Shown in pieces: positions 1 to 14,023 of a stretch of 64,000 nt of DNA (positions within the stretch are counted from its first letter, which is position 1; the number at the start of each line of letters is the position of its first letter). The stretch is taken from assembly GCA_040954595.2 (NCBI GenBank), contig CM082597.2:5771244-5835243 (forward strand), in the 5' to 3' direction. The notes under the pieces are model-generated. The model was not told the DNA's origin and ran no database searches. It was given only the letters and a program-made list of their open reading frames with translations. The position numbers and the translations under genes were made by a program. This DNA is from Balanoglossus misakiensis. Its lineage: Eukaryota; Animalia; Hemichordata.

Positions 1-34
1 TTAATGGGTTAAATAAAAACAAAATAGTCCATAC

Positions 35-2061
35 CTCTTGTCAGATACTTTCCAGCTGACACCAAACTGATTAATATCCTTGGTGATACGCCCATCTGCC
101 ATCTTGAAATCGTTCATTGGGTTGCCATCCGCATCGCCCAGCAATCCGCAAAGCTTCCCTTCACGTTCCCCAGTCAACACAGCAGAGAACAGGTGTCGAC
201 GGCCATCCCAGGTCAGTGTGAACACTGGTCCAGTGTTTTGATCTACCAGTTTTGCTGTGAAGGATTTGTCTTCTGTCTTGTTGACCCAAGCTGTAAATTC
301 TTCTCCCTCAACAGAATAACTTGTCTCCACTTTTCTCCCATTCACCTAATATGAATACAGTGACAAATTGGCTGCAAGTGTTTCCATACAAGTTCTTGTT
401 ATTCTGAAGAGGTCCTACGGTGTAGGTAAAGCCTATGTTAAAACCCATGTAAAACTAATAATGCAAGGATGAACGGGGGGATATAATTATCGATTTCACC
501 TTTACAACCTGTAGACTATGAACAGACATTACTGTCAAACAACATTGGTGTGTTTTCAGAAAAACACGGAGGGTACCACATGGGACGGATGTTACAATTA
601 TCGTGTATATAAAAATATTTGGGCATTTGCAAAGAAGGTAACGATAGAAGCAAGACAGGAAAACCTACGTAACAACTGTCCCGGTCCATGGCGATAGTTC
701 GTTCACCAATAATAACATTCAAAGCGGTGGCTCGACTTTTGACTTCTCTCTCTAGGGGGTCACGTGGTTCAAACTTCGCGATGACTTCAAATCGTGGCTT
801 GGCATCTGAACAATCCTTGACAAGTGTGTACCAGCACAGTCCTTGGAAACTGTAACGGCGTCCATCGAACGTCACCATGTGAGGATCATGTCTGACTTCG
901 GCTGATGATGAATGAAGTGGAGGTGCAGTTGTCCCCGGAAATGGAGATACTGTATCAAATTTGTTATATGAATAAAGGAAAATGTGTGTTATTATCAATT
1001 TCACATTTTGATGGGGAAAAATATCTTCCTATAAGACCATAACTATGAATATTTATTTATAATGATAACAAATATCACCCTGCTTAAATGGACAAAGTCT
1101 CTCTCTCGCTGCCAGACAAACATACTAATAAAGTTCTTATAAAACGAGTATAGTATATAGAAAAAAAATATTTATTTTAAACAATAACATACCAAAATTT
1201 CCTGGATTACCTGTATATCCCTAAAAAAAGATAATAATTATATGGTGTATTATTATCATAATTTGTTAGTGATAGCAAATCGTAAGTCGACAATAATTAT
1301 AGTTAAGAAATACTGTAACAATGACGCACTAACACGCATATACACACGGACACACACACACATGTCATTGACTATTACGTCAGTCGATTTTAACGTCATT
1401 ATTGTACTTAGTTACGAACAGACGGCGAAAAAAGGTTTAAACTGCGCATGTTCTCGATAAAATGTCGTTCAGCTTTTTAATGAAGTATAATATAACTACT
1501 TTACCGATGGTTGATAGTCATCATCACTTACCTGCGCCAGTGCAGTTTCATGAATCTGTGATAAATAACGCGAAAACATCTAATTATGACCAAGATTTGA
1601 CTAGATTTTCTATAACATAAATCAAATTGGATGACAAAATAGAACTCTCTACTGTTTCATTGAATGAAAAGAAATGTTGGCTAGATCGAATTTATTTATA
1701 AAATATATTGCAATTATTATCACCACAAAGAACAACAAAAAACTAAATAACGGACAGTGTTAAGAGACGTAGTGAAATATCAATTTGGTATCTTGTGTAA
1801 ATATGCTTCCATTGAAAATGGGTGGAAGAATAAAATAGAAAATGAGTTAGAGACCACGTATAATCGTATGTTTTCCTTGATTTATATGAAATGAAGAAAT
1901 GTTTAGCAAACAGCCACCATTTCCCTACACCGGGCGATAACGTCATACAGAAATCATAAGAGAAACCTAAATGAACTGAAATCTAAGAATATTTATAAAT
2001 TTATCAAAATACTCACCACAAAAGTGGACATGAACAATACCACGTAAAACAAACGGTTCAT
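35..2061 (-). CDS. Secreted von Willebrand factor type D (VWD) domain protein, 5' part; continues past the left window edge
   Basis: Phase-consistent GT-AG exons 2061-2017 (MNRLFYVVLFMSTFV), 1555-1532 (IHETALAQ; alternative in-frame donor at 1505), 10-nt micro-exon 1220-1211, 949-669 (HDPHMVTFDGRRYSFQGLCWYTLVKDC) and 345-35 (GKLCGLLGDADGNPMNDF...FGVSW). These are VWD signature motifs after a signal peptide. Confidence 0.85.
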
Positions 2062-2141
2062 TTTCTCTGTGGATATTGGTTAGACTTCTGGACCAGAGCT
2101 TCTCTTCAGTTTTCTATGAGAAATTGTTGGTTTGTTGGTCT

Positions 2142-2149
2142 TTTTTATA
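2142..2149 (-). promoter_or_regulatory. TATA box of the VWD gene
   Basis: TATAAAAA on the minus strand about 80 nt upstream of the ATG at 2061. Confidence 0.5.
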
Positions 2150-3882
2150 GACTACTGAATCACGTGCTTCATTTACAAAATACCAATCAGCACGAGGTAG
2201 CTTAATATTCATTGGTGCATACGGTCAGCGAATTACAATATCCAGTCCAACACCATGAATGACACGCGTGATCTTTCGTGTACTTTGCAAACTAATTTTC
2301 TTGTGGACCTGGATAGGTGGATGGTTGGGTTAATTCACGTGCTTGCCTGGCAGAATTATGGTTGAGGGTTACATTTAGAATGATATTAAGACAAACTGTC
2401 AACTAGAAGCGACGGTTGGGTGTCGATCAATCTGCATGTGTGGGTAGGCATTAATCAAATTGTACATTGGTATGTTTGTCTGTAAATTGGCGTCTCTCGC
2501 TGCTTCCGTCAGTTGTTTTTGTAATTTTTTCTGACATACAACATAAACGTAGCCCATATTCTTTCAACAACTGGTAATTTCACGCATTGTCTGCACTGGA
2601 ATGAGTGCGGGTTCCCTCATTACAAGAATGGAGCTGTACAGAAAACTGCAACATGGCTTTATTGACGAAAGACGGTAGTTTGTTCTGGTTGCGTAGGACA
2701 TTTGAATATTGGAAGTAAAACACTTTAATAGCCTGGCGTTTATAGACGAATAAGCATTCATCATACCTTAGTAACGCAAAACATTTTAAATGTTATAAAT
2801 CCAACTTAATTTATGTTTACGGGAACCTCACAGCACCCCACAGTTTTTTTTAATTACTTGTGCAATCCACAGACTTACATTTATAATTAATGTGTTACAC
2901 ATTCGGCACATAGTATACACCCGAGTATCACAGAAGATTGAGTGAGGTCGTTTGGTAATTAATGTAACATCTGGCATAAGTGGTGGACATTTTGCGGAGT
3001 TTAAAAATAACATTATAGTTATGTCGACTTAGTATCTCGTTTACTCGACTTAGTGTAACGAGATAGTATCCCATTATCTAATCTTGCCATCTCCAGATGA
3101 CGAGATAATTTTTTATTTCTTTTGTGGAGTTTAAAATACATGTAACATGAAATTTCCTCGCATAGAATTATGTGACAAAGGAAACTGGGTGGATCATAGA
3201 ATATGAAAGGAGGAATTTTACCCCCTTGTGTCAGGAAACATCAAAGTTCAAAGCTGGCTAAATAGACAAGGGGAGATTGTAGTAATGTAGATTGCGTAGA
3301 TATTTAACATAACACTCGAGGTGGGTACAACAATACAATCAGAAAAAATTAAGTTCCCCGCTGTTTTAGCGTTGAGGCGGGTATAAATATGTATATGCTC
3401 GTTGGACATTGTAGCATGTGAATTAAAAACGAAGTGAAGGTGGACAAATATCAAATACGCAGTGAAAATTCGCAAAATATCACCCGAATATCACAGAAGA
3501 TTGAGTGAAGTCGTGTGGTTATTCATGTAACATCTGGCATAAGTGGCGCACACCTGGCTATTTTATGGGTAATAATCAGATTAATGCGTGTCAGATTGCA
3601 TAGAATACATTATGTTGTATATGATTTAATGAGTATTGGTGTTGTATCACTGAGACAATATAAGCGTTAAAATTATATAAAGAAATACTTAAAACACACG
3701 TTTTTAATAAATCCTTTCTCGTTTAGACACTGCTAGTCTTTATAGACCATTTTTGGAGGCTTCATTCCTTTTTGCCATAGGTGTCTGAGCAACATTTGGA
3801 AATGCAACCCAAAACAAATGACTAGGTCTTGCTTGCGTATGATGTAAAAATATTGTTTTGCGGAATATAAAATAATTAATAA

Positions 3883-4088
3883 GGGACTGGTCAATTTATT
3901 CTGTCCGGGGGTGGTGGACTTATGGGGGTCATCCTGTTTTGGAATTGCGTGATTGGGGTGTCACCGGGGGCCTCACCAATCTTTACATTTTCAATGAGGG
4001 AGGGAGGGGGGGTCAGTCACGTTTTGATATCCACAGAACATACCCCCCCCCCCCCCCCTCCCAGGCCGAATAAACTGACCAGTCCATA
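3883..4088. mobile_element. Small MITE, PIF/Harbinger-like ends
   Basis: Terminal inverted repeats GGGACTGGTCAATTTATT ... AATAAACTGACCAGTCC, with an internal G-run/C-run and TAA on the left flank. Superfamily is inferred. Confidence 0.55.
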
Positions 4089-4620
4089 TGAGAACATAAT
4101 ATTGAGGCACAAGTTGTTTTGTCACCGGCCTGGACGAAGGCTGGGAGATGAACATTGATCAAAGTTTGTGACGCTGTTGTTATTATTACAGCGCTCACTA
4201 CGGTATACTGAAAACGACTCACACGACTGAAAAATTGATATCAAAAAAATAGAAAAATAATATACTTCGTTTGAGGGCTCTCCACTCTCAGCCCAAAGGG
4301 GCATGTTTTGTTCTTCCTTTTGTGACGTAATGGTCATATCAATGAATACATGGGCTCCACATCTGTCAGCGCGCATGAACCAATTTTCTACATTGCTGCA
4401 CCGTCGCACATCTATGCGTAAAAGCTGACGGCAATGTAATTTTTCAATGTAATGAAAGGGCCGTTTCAAACGTACAAGGAAATGTTGTGAATTCGAAGGC
4501 TATCACTTTGTTGATTGTGTACTAATCAGTTCTTGTCATTTCACAATAGAAATTGCGTGCCAAAGCTGATCGAAGTCTGAAGAAATATTCTTGAGATGTC
4601 ATGCTAACACAAGCGCGCAG

Positions 4621-4621
<1 letters not shown>

Positions 4622-4671
<50 letters not shown>
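4622..4671. repeat. (CA)n microsatellite
   Basis: Pure dinucleotide run. Confidence 0.97.
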
Positions 4672-4673
<2 letters not shown>

Positions 4674-5384
4674 GAAAAGTGGATAACATGACCTCACGTG
4701 TGATTGTGTGAGGTCAAAATCATGACCAAGCATCTCCAGATAGACAAATCCAATGATGCCATTATACCTTTACCTATAACTAACCAGAACAAATGATAAC
4801 ATACACAGAGTTTTGACAGTCTGAGGCGGGAACACCTCGTTTCTTATAGGTGACCCACAAAATGGCCATAAAAGCAACAAAACACATAACTCGGTAATAT
4901 GCAGAATGGTGGATGGGTATGTATGGTTGAAAACAACAAAGACGAGTTGCGAATACAGGCTAACCTGACTGAAAGTTTGATATCAAGTGTTACAACTGAA
5001 AGAAAAATAATATACCTCGTTTGAGGGCTCTCCACTCTTTCCCAGCTCAAAGGACCATGTTTAGTACAATGTACTTCCTTTTGTGACGTAATGGTCATAT
5101 CAATGAGGGTGATTAGCATATTATTTGCATATCAGAAGGAGAACATGCATATGCATGTATGCAAAGGATACTTACTAGGGGTAACCTAAATACATGGCAA
5201 CAGTCGCTTCCAATTTACATACGCCCATATATGGCTGACATGGCGTATTTATAAGTTCTAAAGAACATATGGTGGCACTCTTTTTTTCGCGTGTGCCACC
5301 CACTGACAATCTGTGATTGGCTAGATGTCAATTTGCCACGGTAACTAGACTAATTTTCCATCGGTATCCGTACACCTTTAAGGT

Positions 5385-8300
5385 TCACCCATGTTTTATG
5401 TAATTAGTGTTAACCCACCCAAGCTCAAAAAACGTGAAATTCTGACCGATAAACTCGCCGTAGTAACGCTTTTGGAAAGGTGTATGCTCGTGGGTGAAGA
5501 AGAGCTCGAAGCCGTACTCTTGTTGCAGAGTCCCAAGATATTCACACGCCTCGGTCACTCGTTGTACAAACGGTTTCTTCACATGGAGTTCAAAGATCAC
5601 CTGTTTGACAGATGTGAACACGCCACTCTGCAACAGCTGAGGAAAACATGTAAACTCGTTGCCTTCTATGTCGAACTTTAGAACGTCTATTACTTCCTGT
5701 AACGAAATGTTCAAAAACGAATTAAGTGGGTTTCTCTTCAAGATGCTATCGGCCCATTCCCTCCTCGTACAGAATGGCGCATGTTGTGCCAATGAATTTA
5801 ACCCCTTCACCCCCAGTTTCCTCTATAACGCCCCCAGTTCCTCTATAACGATCCAACCTTACCACAGAAAACAATGTTTTGGACGGAACCATGGTGGTGA
5901 AAGGGTTGTAATTGTAAGATATTAAACAGTAGACTGCCACAACCGAGGAGACTCACGAAACAAAATTTACTATCCTCACATCAACGTTATTTTCTGACCA
6001 ATGCTTTTGTTGATTTTCGTTTTAAGTTGATTTGAAAACCAATATAAAATTAAAGTATAGCAGTTAATCTGCTTATACTTTTACGATTTCAAAATGTCTT
6101 TAAATAATAATCAAAACAATAATTTTATGTTGAAATTGTTTACTGTGATTTTAGTGAAACTGTATTTAATGTGGGTGTATTATTTGTTAAAGCTTCAAAA
6201 ACATGAAGACGTCTACCTTTTCATGGTGTAACATTTTCTTCAGTGAATCCAGCGTTTTGCATTTATAGTCCTCATTGCTGTCTTCGCCACAAAGTGCTAT
6301 ATCGTAAAACATAACCCGTTCCGACCGCTGGTGTGTTTTGAGGCCATTACTGTAGTGGGTTTTAAAAGAAATTCAGAGCTGTTGTTAGAATGGACATTGC
6401 GTAAATTGTGTCACCTTGACTACTGACATGCAGGTCAATGCATAGGCTTACATGTAGTCTGGTCCCCTGCCCAGAACCGGCTTGTCGTAGGTAAGACGTG
6501 TCCGCCATTGTAATAGCTCGATTTGTGTAATGGTTATATTAAAGTCTAAACCCCTAAACGTAATACTATGTCTAAATCTTCAAAAAGAATTTTCACCTTA
6601 CATCCTAAAATACTGTATCGCCAATATCATAGAAATGATGTCAAGTGTAAATTATTACACGTATGTGGGATTTTAATTGTTGTGTTCATCAGCAATTACT
6701 ACGTATACATTTTGGATGGACGTTTCATATCATCGTTGCAGCTGAGATATAATGCTACACCTCGTTTGCCTATACTATCGAACACCAAAGGAATAGGTCT
6801 CGATAAATGTGGGAAAGTATACACTTACAAGGGATCAAAACTGTAAACATTACAACCGTAATCTGCCATTGCATCATCGAATGACCATAAATTTCGAATG
6901 CTGCAAAAAAAAATACACACAAAAAGTTTACTTTCGTGGAAATTAAGGGAAGACTGCAATAATGGTGCATACTAATATAATGTATCCAATATATCTGCGA
7001 ACATTTAAAATAATGGTAGGTAGCATGAATGTTTTAGGCAGCAGTTAGTGTTAAGTCGACTACAACTGGTTTCACTACTAACTTCGAATCTAGCTAACAT
7101 CTGTTGTGCTAACATAAAAACATCAAACGACTTAGTATCTCATGCTCACGACTTAGTATCTCGTGCGCACGAGATAAAAAGAAAATATTTGCTTTACGAA
7201 ATGTCCCTAATAGGCTTTCATATGAATTGAACATATGCTCCGTAAAATTTGATTTTGAAAGGGACTATTTTCTTCATGCTTGCAAAACTACTATACAGCT
7301 CACCTCAAAATGGTTGTAGGCGGATAGTCACTTTAAAGGGACAAAGTCTCTCTCTTGCTGCCCCTTTTCCATTAATTATGTTTGACACAAGACACTGTTT
7401 ATGTTATTCTACATGTGGATATATAGTGAATTAACATTCGACCACACACACTTTCCATCCCACTTGTAGACACGAGAGTGAAAAACTCGCCAAAATGAAT
7501 AATCGGTCTTTACCACTTATTCATTTTGGGCGAGTTTTTACTCTCATATCATACAAGCGGGACGGAAGTTGTGTGTGGTCGAACGTTGATTCACTGCATA
7601 TCCACATGTAAAATAACATAAACGATGTCTTGTATCAAACATAATTAATGAAAAAAGGCCTGCGAGAGAGAGACTTTGTCCCTAGCATTTCGGTACTTGC
7701 ACATTTCAGGCAGTGACAAAGTTATGTAGTAGTGAACACCAGAAATACCTGGAGACACACTGATCATACTAGATAGGCAACGTGTATGATACGCAATGTA
7801 CTTACCCGACAGAATACGTAATGCAATTTCCTGGCTTGATGCCGACATCTAAGCATACGTCATAGCCACCATCTCTAGGTAAGGGCACGCCCATTCGTCT
7901 GCTGTCGTTGCAGTTGTACTTGATTGGTGACATCATGTCCAACAGAACCGACGTCATCTCCTCGAAAGTGAACAGTTGGCTTATCGAAACATTAGGCTCT
8001 TTAATAGCATTCAGAAGTCGTTCAGTTAAGTCGTGAATTTGTCTGCTGTCGTTACTGGTTTCATGTACACTATCACCAGTATCGTTCCTTTGGACAGAGA
8101 GTTGTTTTGGTTTTAACTCCTCTCTAATACCAATTCTGCTATCTTCCCCTGATTTCCGAGTTTCCACGCTGTCACTAGTTTTCTTATTTCCACCTACTTC
8201 CAACGGCTTGGTACTCGTTTGCTGCTTATCATGCATTGTCTCCATGGCCTTTGTGCTGTCATCGTGCCTGCTTTCTTGTCTTGCTTTGGTTTCCTGTGTT

Positions 8301-9128
8301 CCAACAAATCAAACATACACGTTACGCAAACGCTTATGCTTCCAGAAAGAAATAAGGCACGCTTCAGTAAACGAATAAGCTTACTTCCGCTCCGAGGAAT
8401 GTTATCGGCAATCCGTTTTCGTCTTAAAAATCACCAGATCAAAATTTTCCTGCTTCCTTTCGCGATTTATACAAGATTTACATGACAACTGGCAAACAAA
8501 AACGTTCACGTTTTTTATTGCAATCCAAAATGTCGCTGAAATTTGCGTGATGGTAATCTGTGGTTATATGTATAATGCAATATAATAGAGCAGGCGAACC
8601 GATTGTACATTTTGACTTAGTACAACTTCAGTAGGACTAATTTTCTTTTGATTTTTAATGAATGTACTGTGGAGCATTTATTTACTTACCAATAAGAAGA
8701 TAGCATTCTTCTCTTCAACATTGACACTGGATGGTTTGTCTAGATTACAAAATACATTTGTTTAAATTAATTAATACATTATTAAAATAATAAATTAACA
8801 GCGCTGATATTTAATAAATAAATAAATTAATTAATTGCTTGATTGCTTGATTGATTGATTACCAAATTACTTAATTACTTCAGAGCTAAAGCCTTGGTAA
8901 AATACGAGTGATAGATTATAATGTCTCAAGACCGATGCTCTAACCACTGGACTATGATGCCTTTCAAAAATACAGTGATGAAGATATTGTGTGGAATCGA
9001 TGAACATATGAAGAATTGTATGAAACGTACGGGGGGAACTTACCAAGACAATACCATGTGATGAAGATGGCCAGACCGGAAGCTAACAGAAGAACTGTAC
9101 CACGGTTGAAACGTACGGCCGTTCTCAT
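5385..9128 (-). CDS. METTL24-like (Methyltransf_22/FkbM-related) type II membrane methyltransferase, 6 coding exons, 379 aa
   Basis: Exons 9128-9044, 8739-8690, 8293-7806, 6900-6829, 6349-6217 and 5696-5385, all GT-AG and phase-matched (1140 nt). N-terminal anchor VLLLASGLAIFITWYCL. Motifs DGGYDVCLD, CITYSVGIRNLWSFDDAMADYGCNVYSFDP, IDVLKFDIEGNE, VKQVIFELH, FELGWVN. Confidence 0.9.
7337..7683. mobile_element. Palindromic ~350-bp MITE (TTAA/AGG ends, Kolobok/T2-like), family A, in a METTL24-like intron
   Basis: TTAA-AGGGACAAAGTCTCTCTC ... GAGAGAGACTTTGTCCCT. Nearly the whole element is an inverted repeat, and the family recurs in this window. Confidence 0.85.
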
Positions 9129-9471
9129 CTTATAACACGAGATTCTCTGTCTGTTGGACAAAACTCCACAGTCAAATAGCAACAGTTGGCGAGGACGGTG
9201 GATATGGTCTAAAATATATTTAACATGTTGCCGTCACCACCTGGCGCAACCAATAAACGCCCACTAACCCAGAGAGCATAAATGCAAATCAAATTTTAGC
9301 TTACACGAGCGCTGAATAGACAAAGCGCATATTATGATTTAGACCACTGGAAGTTCAATTATATTCTTTGATCAAAAACTTTGTTCCTAATTACCGAGTC
9401 GGTTAATACTTTGAACTTTAATAGCTACAGTTTTCATCAAGCTCACTTTACATTTCATCCAACAAAATCAG

Positions 9472-9850
9472 TTTTTTAGGTCCCATTGGTTTTTACCATG
9501 GGACCTTATGGGATCGGTTGCGTCTGTATGTATGTATGTATGTATGTATGTATGTATGTATGTATGTATGTATGTATGTATGTATGTATGTATGTATGTA
9601 TGTATGGATGGATGGATGGATGGATGGATGGATGGATGTCCGTCCACATCAAAAACTTGAAAACCGCTGCGCGTATCACCTCAATATTTGGTGTGCAGAT
9701 GCAGGCTGGGCTGTAGATGGGAGTTTGTTCCAATGAAGTTGTCATTGCCAAAAATATGCAAATTAGCTGGAAAAATGTGAATTTGGTCAAAACTCAGTAA
9801 CTCAAGAACTACTGGTCAGGTTGCTTTGCAAAGTGGTGTGTATTTACTTT
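9472..9850 (+). mobile_element. Helentron-associated/DINE-like non-autonomous element, 5' part (right boundary uncertain)
   Basis: T-run, then stem GGTCCCATTGGT...ACCATGGGACC, then (TATG)n(TGGA)n GTCCGTCC. A closely similar copy begins at 61443. Confidence 0.65.
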
Positions 9851-10124
9851 ATTGAGTTGTTTTAATTAGGCAGAAAGTTCCCTTGTGTGATTGATTTACA
9901 CAGCAAATTCCTGAATGATTACATAACTGGCTAAGTTTTATAGAGGCCAGCTGTTCTATTTAGTGTATGTACAGTACATATGCCATTGGCAGCTTATGGG
10001 TCAGTCAGTGTTTGCCCATTGATCTCTCTCTATGTGTGTATCTGTCTGTCTGTATATGGCCATGTACTCCAGTGTAGACTTTTTCTTGTGTAATCCCTCA
10101 ATGGAACCGCCGTGTCCTTGACGC

Positions 10125-10985
10125 GATTTTTAGACACTGTCCTGAAACTTTAAAATCCTTTCACAGGTTATAAGCATTTTACTGTTCAATTATATATGCT
10201 GTTGAGAGACGCATATCCGTTATATGGGATCAATTTTGAATACTAATGCAGTACAATAATCGGTATCTCAAAAATGGAAGAATTGTAGAAATGTTCTATC
10301 TGACAACCGGGTTTGAGCTGATGGTGACAATTATTAGTTAGGTAGTCATGTTTTTTCAGAGAACGATAAAAGAATTTATCAGTGAAATATAATAATTAAG
10401 TTCTTCAGTAGTGACAGATGTTGTACTTTTAAGTTAGTACTGGCCTCGCCTCAAGAGATTTCATGCTATTCCCTTTTAACATTGGCACCTGATCATGGGG
10501 TTGCTCAATATCAGCGACCTGAGTTGTCATGGTTACAGTCCATTGACATGGAAATAGTAAAATTACAAAAACAAGAGCAAAATGCTTTACTGTGTATATG
10601 AGTGAGAAAAGCGAAAATACAAGTCTGTACTATAGACTACACCTCAATATAATCGGATTGACCACCATTATACTTTTATTTCTGTTCACAGACAATGAAA
10701 TTTGCACGTCATGCTGCGAAGGCGACCTATGCAATACCGACGACGGAGCAGGCAGTTTGACCTTTAACCTGCTGACCCTGGCTGTCATTTCAGGACTGAA
10801 AGCTTTGAGAATGTTGTGAATAGAATAGTGTGTGCTGTTGCTAGAGTGTTTGTCATGTCTGATAACACACATTTAGAGTTGTGTCGAAAGCAATCAGTAT
10901 CACTCCTGTTTATATATACATTTGTACAAATATTACTTTCCTGCAGACATTCGCTGTACAGACATTTTAACATACCTTTTTTTTA
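10125..10985 (+). repeat. Inverted duplicate of ~13870-14695 (last intron, last exon and 3'UTR of Ly6 gene 1)
   Basis: Reverse-complement similarity throughout. The ORF-track peptides at 10630-10872(-) and 13971-14213(+) are nearly identical. Confidence 0.92.
10692..10819 (+). pseudogene. Orphan terminal exon of a Ly6/uPAR gene (NEICTSCCEGDLCN + GPI signal)
   Basis: Acceptor ttcacag and an intact frame to TGA. No upstream Ly6 exons were found on the plus strand. Confidence 0.7.
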
Positions 10986-11782
10986 TCTAGAAATGTATAA
11001 ATCGCTATGCCGGTGGAATTAAACGATAATACAAGATAAATACATGTATACTGTGAAAATTCGGAAAATTTAAATCCCACGTACGGTACCTGAGACACGA
11101 ATTGTAAAAAATCTACTGTAGGTGCTGTCCTTCGCATGAACAAACCAACCTGAACGATTCTATCGAGCAATGATTCTCTCCAGAAATCTTTGAACATGAC
11201 CCTTTCTGATGAAATAGTAGGATAGCAATAACCCCTAGGGTATAGCACTGTACGTTCTACACAATCCACTTCATTCTGTATGCTATCGCCTTCGGCTCTG
11301 CATTTGTGTGTTGTAAATTGTGCTAATCTCGTTGCGCATCTGCTGCAGGCGGGGACATCAATATAAAAACATGCAAAGGCACAGTATAAACATGTCCTAT
11401 AATAATAATGCGCGTATAGAATAGATGTGTCTAAAACATCTGGTAAACTCTTACCCGACAGAAAATGTAACAGTTTGATACATTTAAAGACTTCATTTTT
11501 TTTGTATATTTATTTCTTCTTTTGACAAAGGTTCACGTAATTATAAAACTAAAATAAGATATTCAATTGGAGTTATGAATATTAAGTTTAGACTTGTTAA
11601 GCAATTATGGGAATTTTTAGTTGCTAGGATACGTTGTGGATGTCAAAAGTATAGCTTCACAAATACACTGCAGGGTATCCTCAAACATAATGCCATCACT
11701 TATGTGGTAATTTAGAAAAAAAATATACAAGATATCGTTGACGTTATTCCTAGCATGCAGTGTATGTATGTAGGCCTACCAT

Positions 11783-11908
11783 TAGTCTGGTCCCCTGCCC
11801 CATTCCCACAGCTGACTGTGCTACGTTTACAATAGCTCGTGCCAGACCCTTTCCTTTAGCCTAGCGCAGCCAGCGGTGCGAAAGCGGCCGGGACAGGGGA
11901 CCAGACTA
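11783..11908. mobile_element. 126-bp MITE with TAGTCTGGTCCCCTG termini (family B)
   Basis: TAGTCTGGTCCCCTG ... CAGGGGACCAGACTA. Partial copies at ~6457 and ~24290-24342. Confidence 0.7.
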
Positions 11909-12526
11909 CTTTTTGAATGGGTGTCTTTGAATACCAGTACAATGTAAACAGTTGTGGTACACGTGTACTTTTAACATGTTCATTTTTTTTTGTACAGTCA
12001 AAATGAAAGGTTGATGATATGATAAGGTTTGTCTATCAGTAAGCTCATTCAATCAACTATTCTAAATGCGAATTCAAAATCACGAAAATAATGCAAAACA
12101 TGGCAGCTATACGGGATTGAATCTGCACTACTGTTTCCTTGGCCTTATCAATTGTTTATCCATAATTAGCAATAGATCAATATAATTGCTATTGTCAAGG
12201 AGTTGGTTAAATAATTAAACAAAACCAGTTACTACTGTTTACTCTACCAAACAACATGCTTAGGCGAGCTATCATTTGCAGCTGTTCGGTAGATGGCCAA
12301 CAAACAAACAAACACAAAGTATGTACTTATTCTTATCTAGTTGAAAACATTATCATATCAAAACCAAACGTAACTCCAATTGTTTCACCATAATACCTTA
12401 CATTTTCCTTCGTCTTGTGCATTTAACTAAGCCGGACAGGTGCGTGAAGCCAGCGCAGTCTTTGTGGACGTCAACTCACAGCCGAGCTATACCGTGCCCG
12501 GGTGACGGTTGAGGGAGCACATTTAA

Positions 12527-12884
12527 AGAGACAAAGTCTCTCTCTCTCTCGCTGCCCTTTTCCATTAATTATGTTTGATACTAGACACTGTTTATGTTAT
12601 TCTACATGTGGATATCTAGTGAATCAACGTTCAACCACACACAACTTCCATCCCGCTTGTACATACAAGAGTGAAAATCTCGCCAAAATGAATAATCAGT
12701 CTCTACCATGTATTCATTTTGGTGAGATTTTTAGTCTCATATCATACAAATGGGATGGAAGTTGTGTGTGGTCTAATGTTGATTCACTATATATCAACAT
12801 GTAGAATAACAAATGTAGTGTATTGTATCAAACATAATTACATGTACTGGTAAAAGGTCAGAGAGAGAGAGAGACTTTGTCCCT
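12527..12884. mobile_element. Family A palindromic MITE
   Basis: Same terminal and internal sequence as 7337-7683. Confidence 0.85.
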
Positions 12885-14023
12885 ACGAAGATCAGTTTGT
12901 GAAGGTGGAGAATGCAGTGGGGCTGTGGTGGGAGAGCCTGGCACGTGGCTGTGAAGGCATATAACCATACTTGCACTGTCAGGCTACTGCGGATCCATAC
13001 CCCAAACACTTATCTCGGATGAGACTTCTACCCCAGTCTAAATATTTTCCATAAGCAGGGAATTTCTGACACTGGTGACCATTGTGGTAGAGCAATATCC
13101 GTTCACAAAACAAAATCAGTTGTTATGAAATGTTGTTTTATTCGGAAAAATAAGCAACGGCAACAATTATGTTGTAAACACACAAACCAGATAATTATAA
13201 AAATGCTAAAACTGAGATGTAATTGTGAACAGAAGTTGAAAACGTAGTAAAGTTGGTAAAACGAGTTATACCCTGGAAAGTTTAGACCTACTCACATGTT
13301 TTCAGTGGGTGGCCATGGCCAATCTAAAAAAAGCGGCCACTTCATGATCATTGGAAGACTTAGACGTGTCCATTTGACCATATATATGTAGATGAAAAAT
13401 TGACATTGATTGTGTATCTTTAAGCTTATATTTGCATTGCCTTCCCTCCTCATCTTTTGGACAGAGTGGGTTACTCAGGCTCATATCAAAATCATATACT
13501 TCTGTATACCTATCATCCCTCTGGCACAGTGGTTTTACCAACGCCATCAATGGGATTGTACCAAAACGGTGAGACAATTAGGGCAATTTATAGGCATCAA
13601 AACACTTGTTGTTTTTATAATTTTAAGGCAAACATATATGGCCATTGGAGTCTATTGTTTAATAACCAGACAAGTTTGGTACCGCACTCGCAAATATTAC
13701 AGAAAGTGTGACTATAATTTATAGTCTGGCGCCCTGGATCATAACAGGGTTGACTTCTTCTAGGAACAACAGTTGAAATAAGCTTTTAGTAATGGCTGTC
13801 TTTCAAATGAGTTTTGTAAGGCTATGTACAGTCAACAAGCTCTGAATAAAATTTGAACACACGGGATAAAAAAAGGTATGTTAAAATGTCTGTACAGCGA
13901 ATATCTGCAGAAAGGTTATATTTGTATATATAAACAGGAGTGATACTGATTGATTTCGACACAACTCTAAATGTGTGTTATCAGACATGACAAACACTCT
14001 AGCAACAGCACACACTATTCTAT

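Noticed and set aside
2915-5105. Short dispersed direct repeats (2915-2990/3480-3548 and 4230-4350/4970-5105)
   Set aside because: Real similarity, but no termini or TSD to classify; probably repeat debris.
13302-13760. Possible coding or LINE relic
   Set aside because: No recognisable motif and no consistent splice or frame support.
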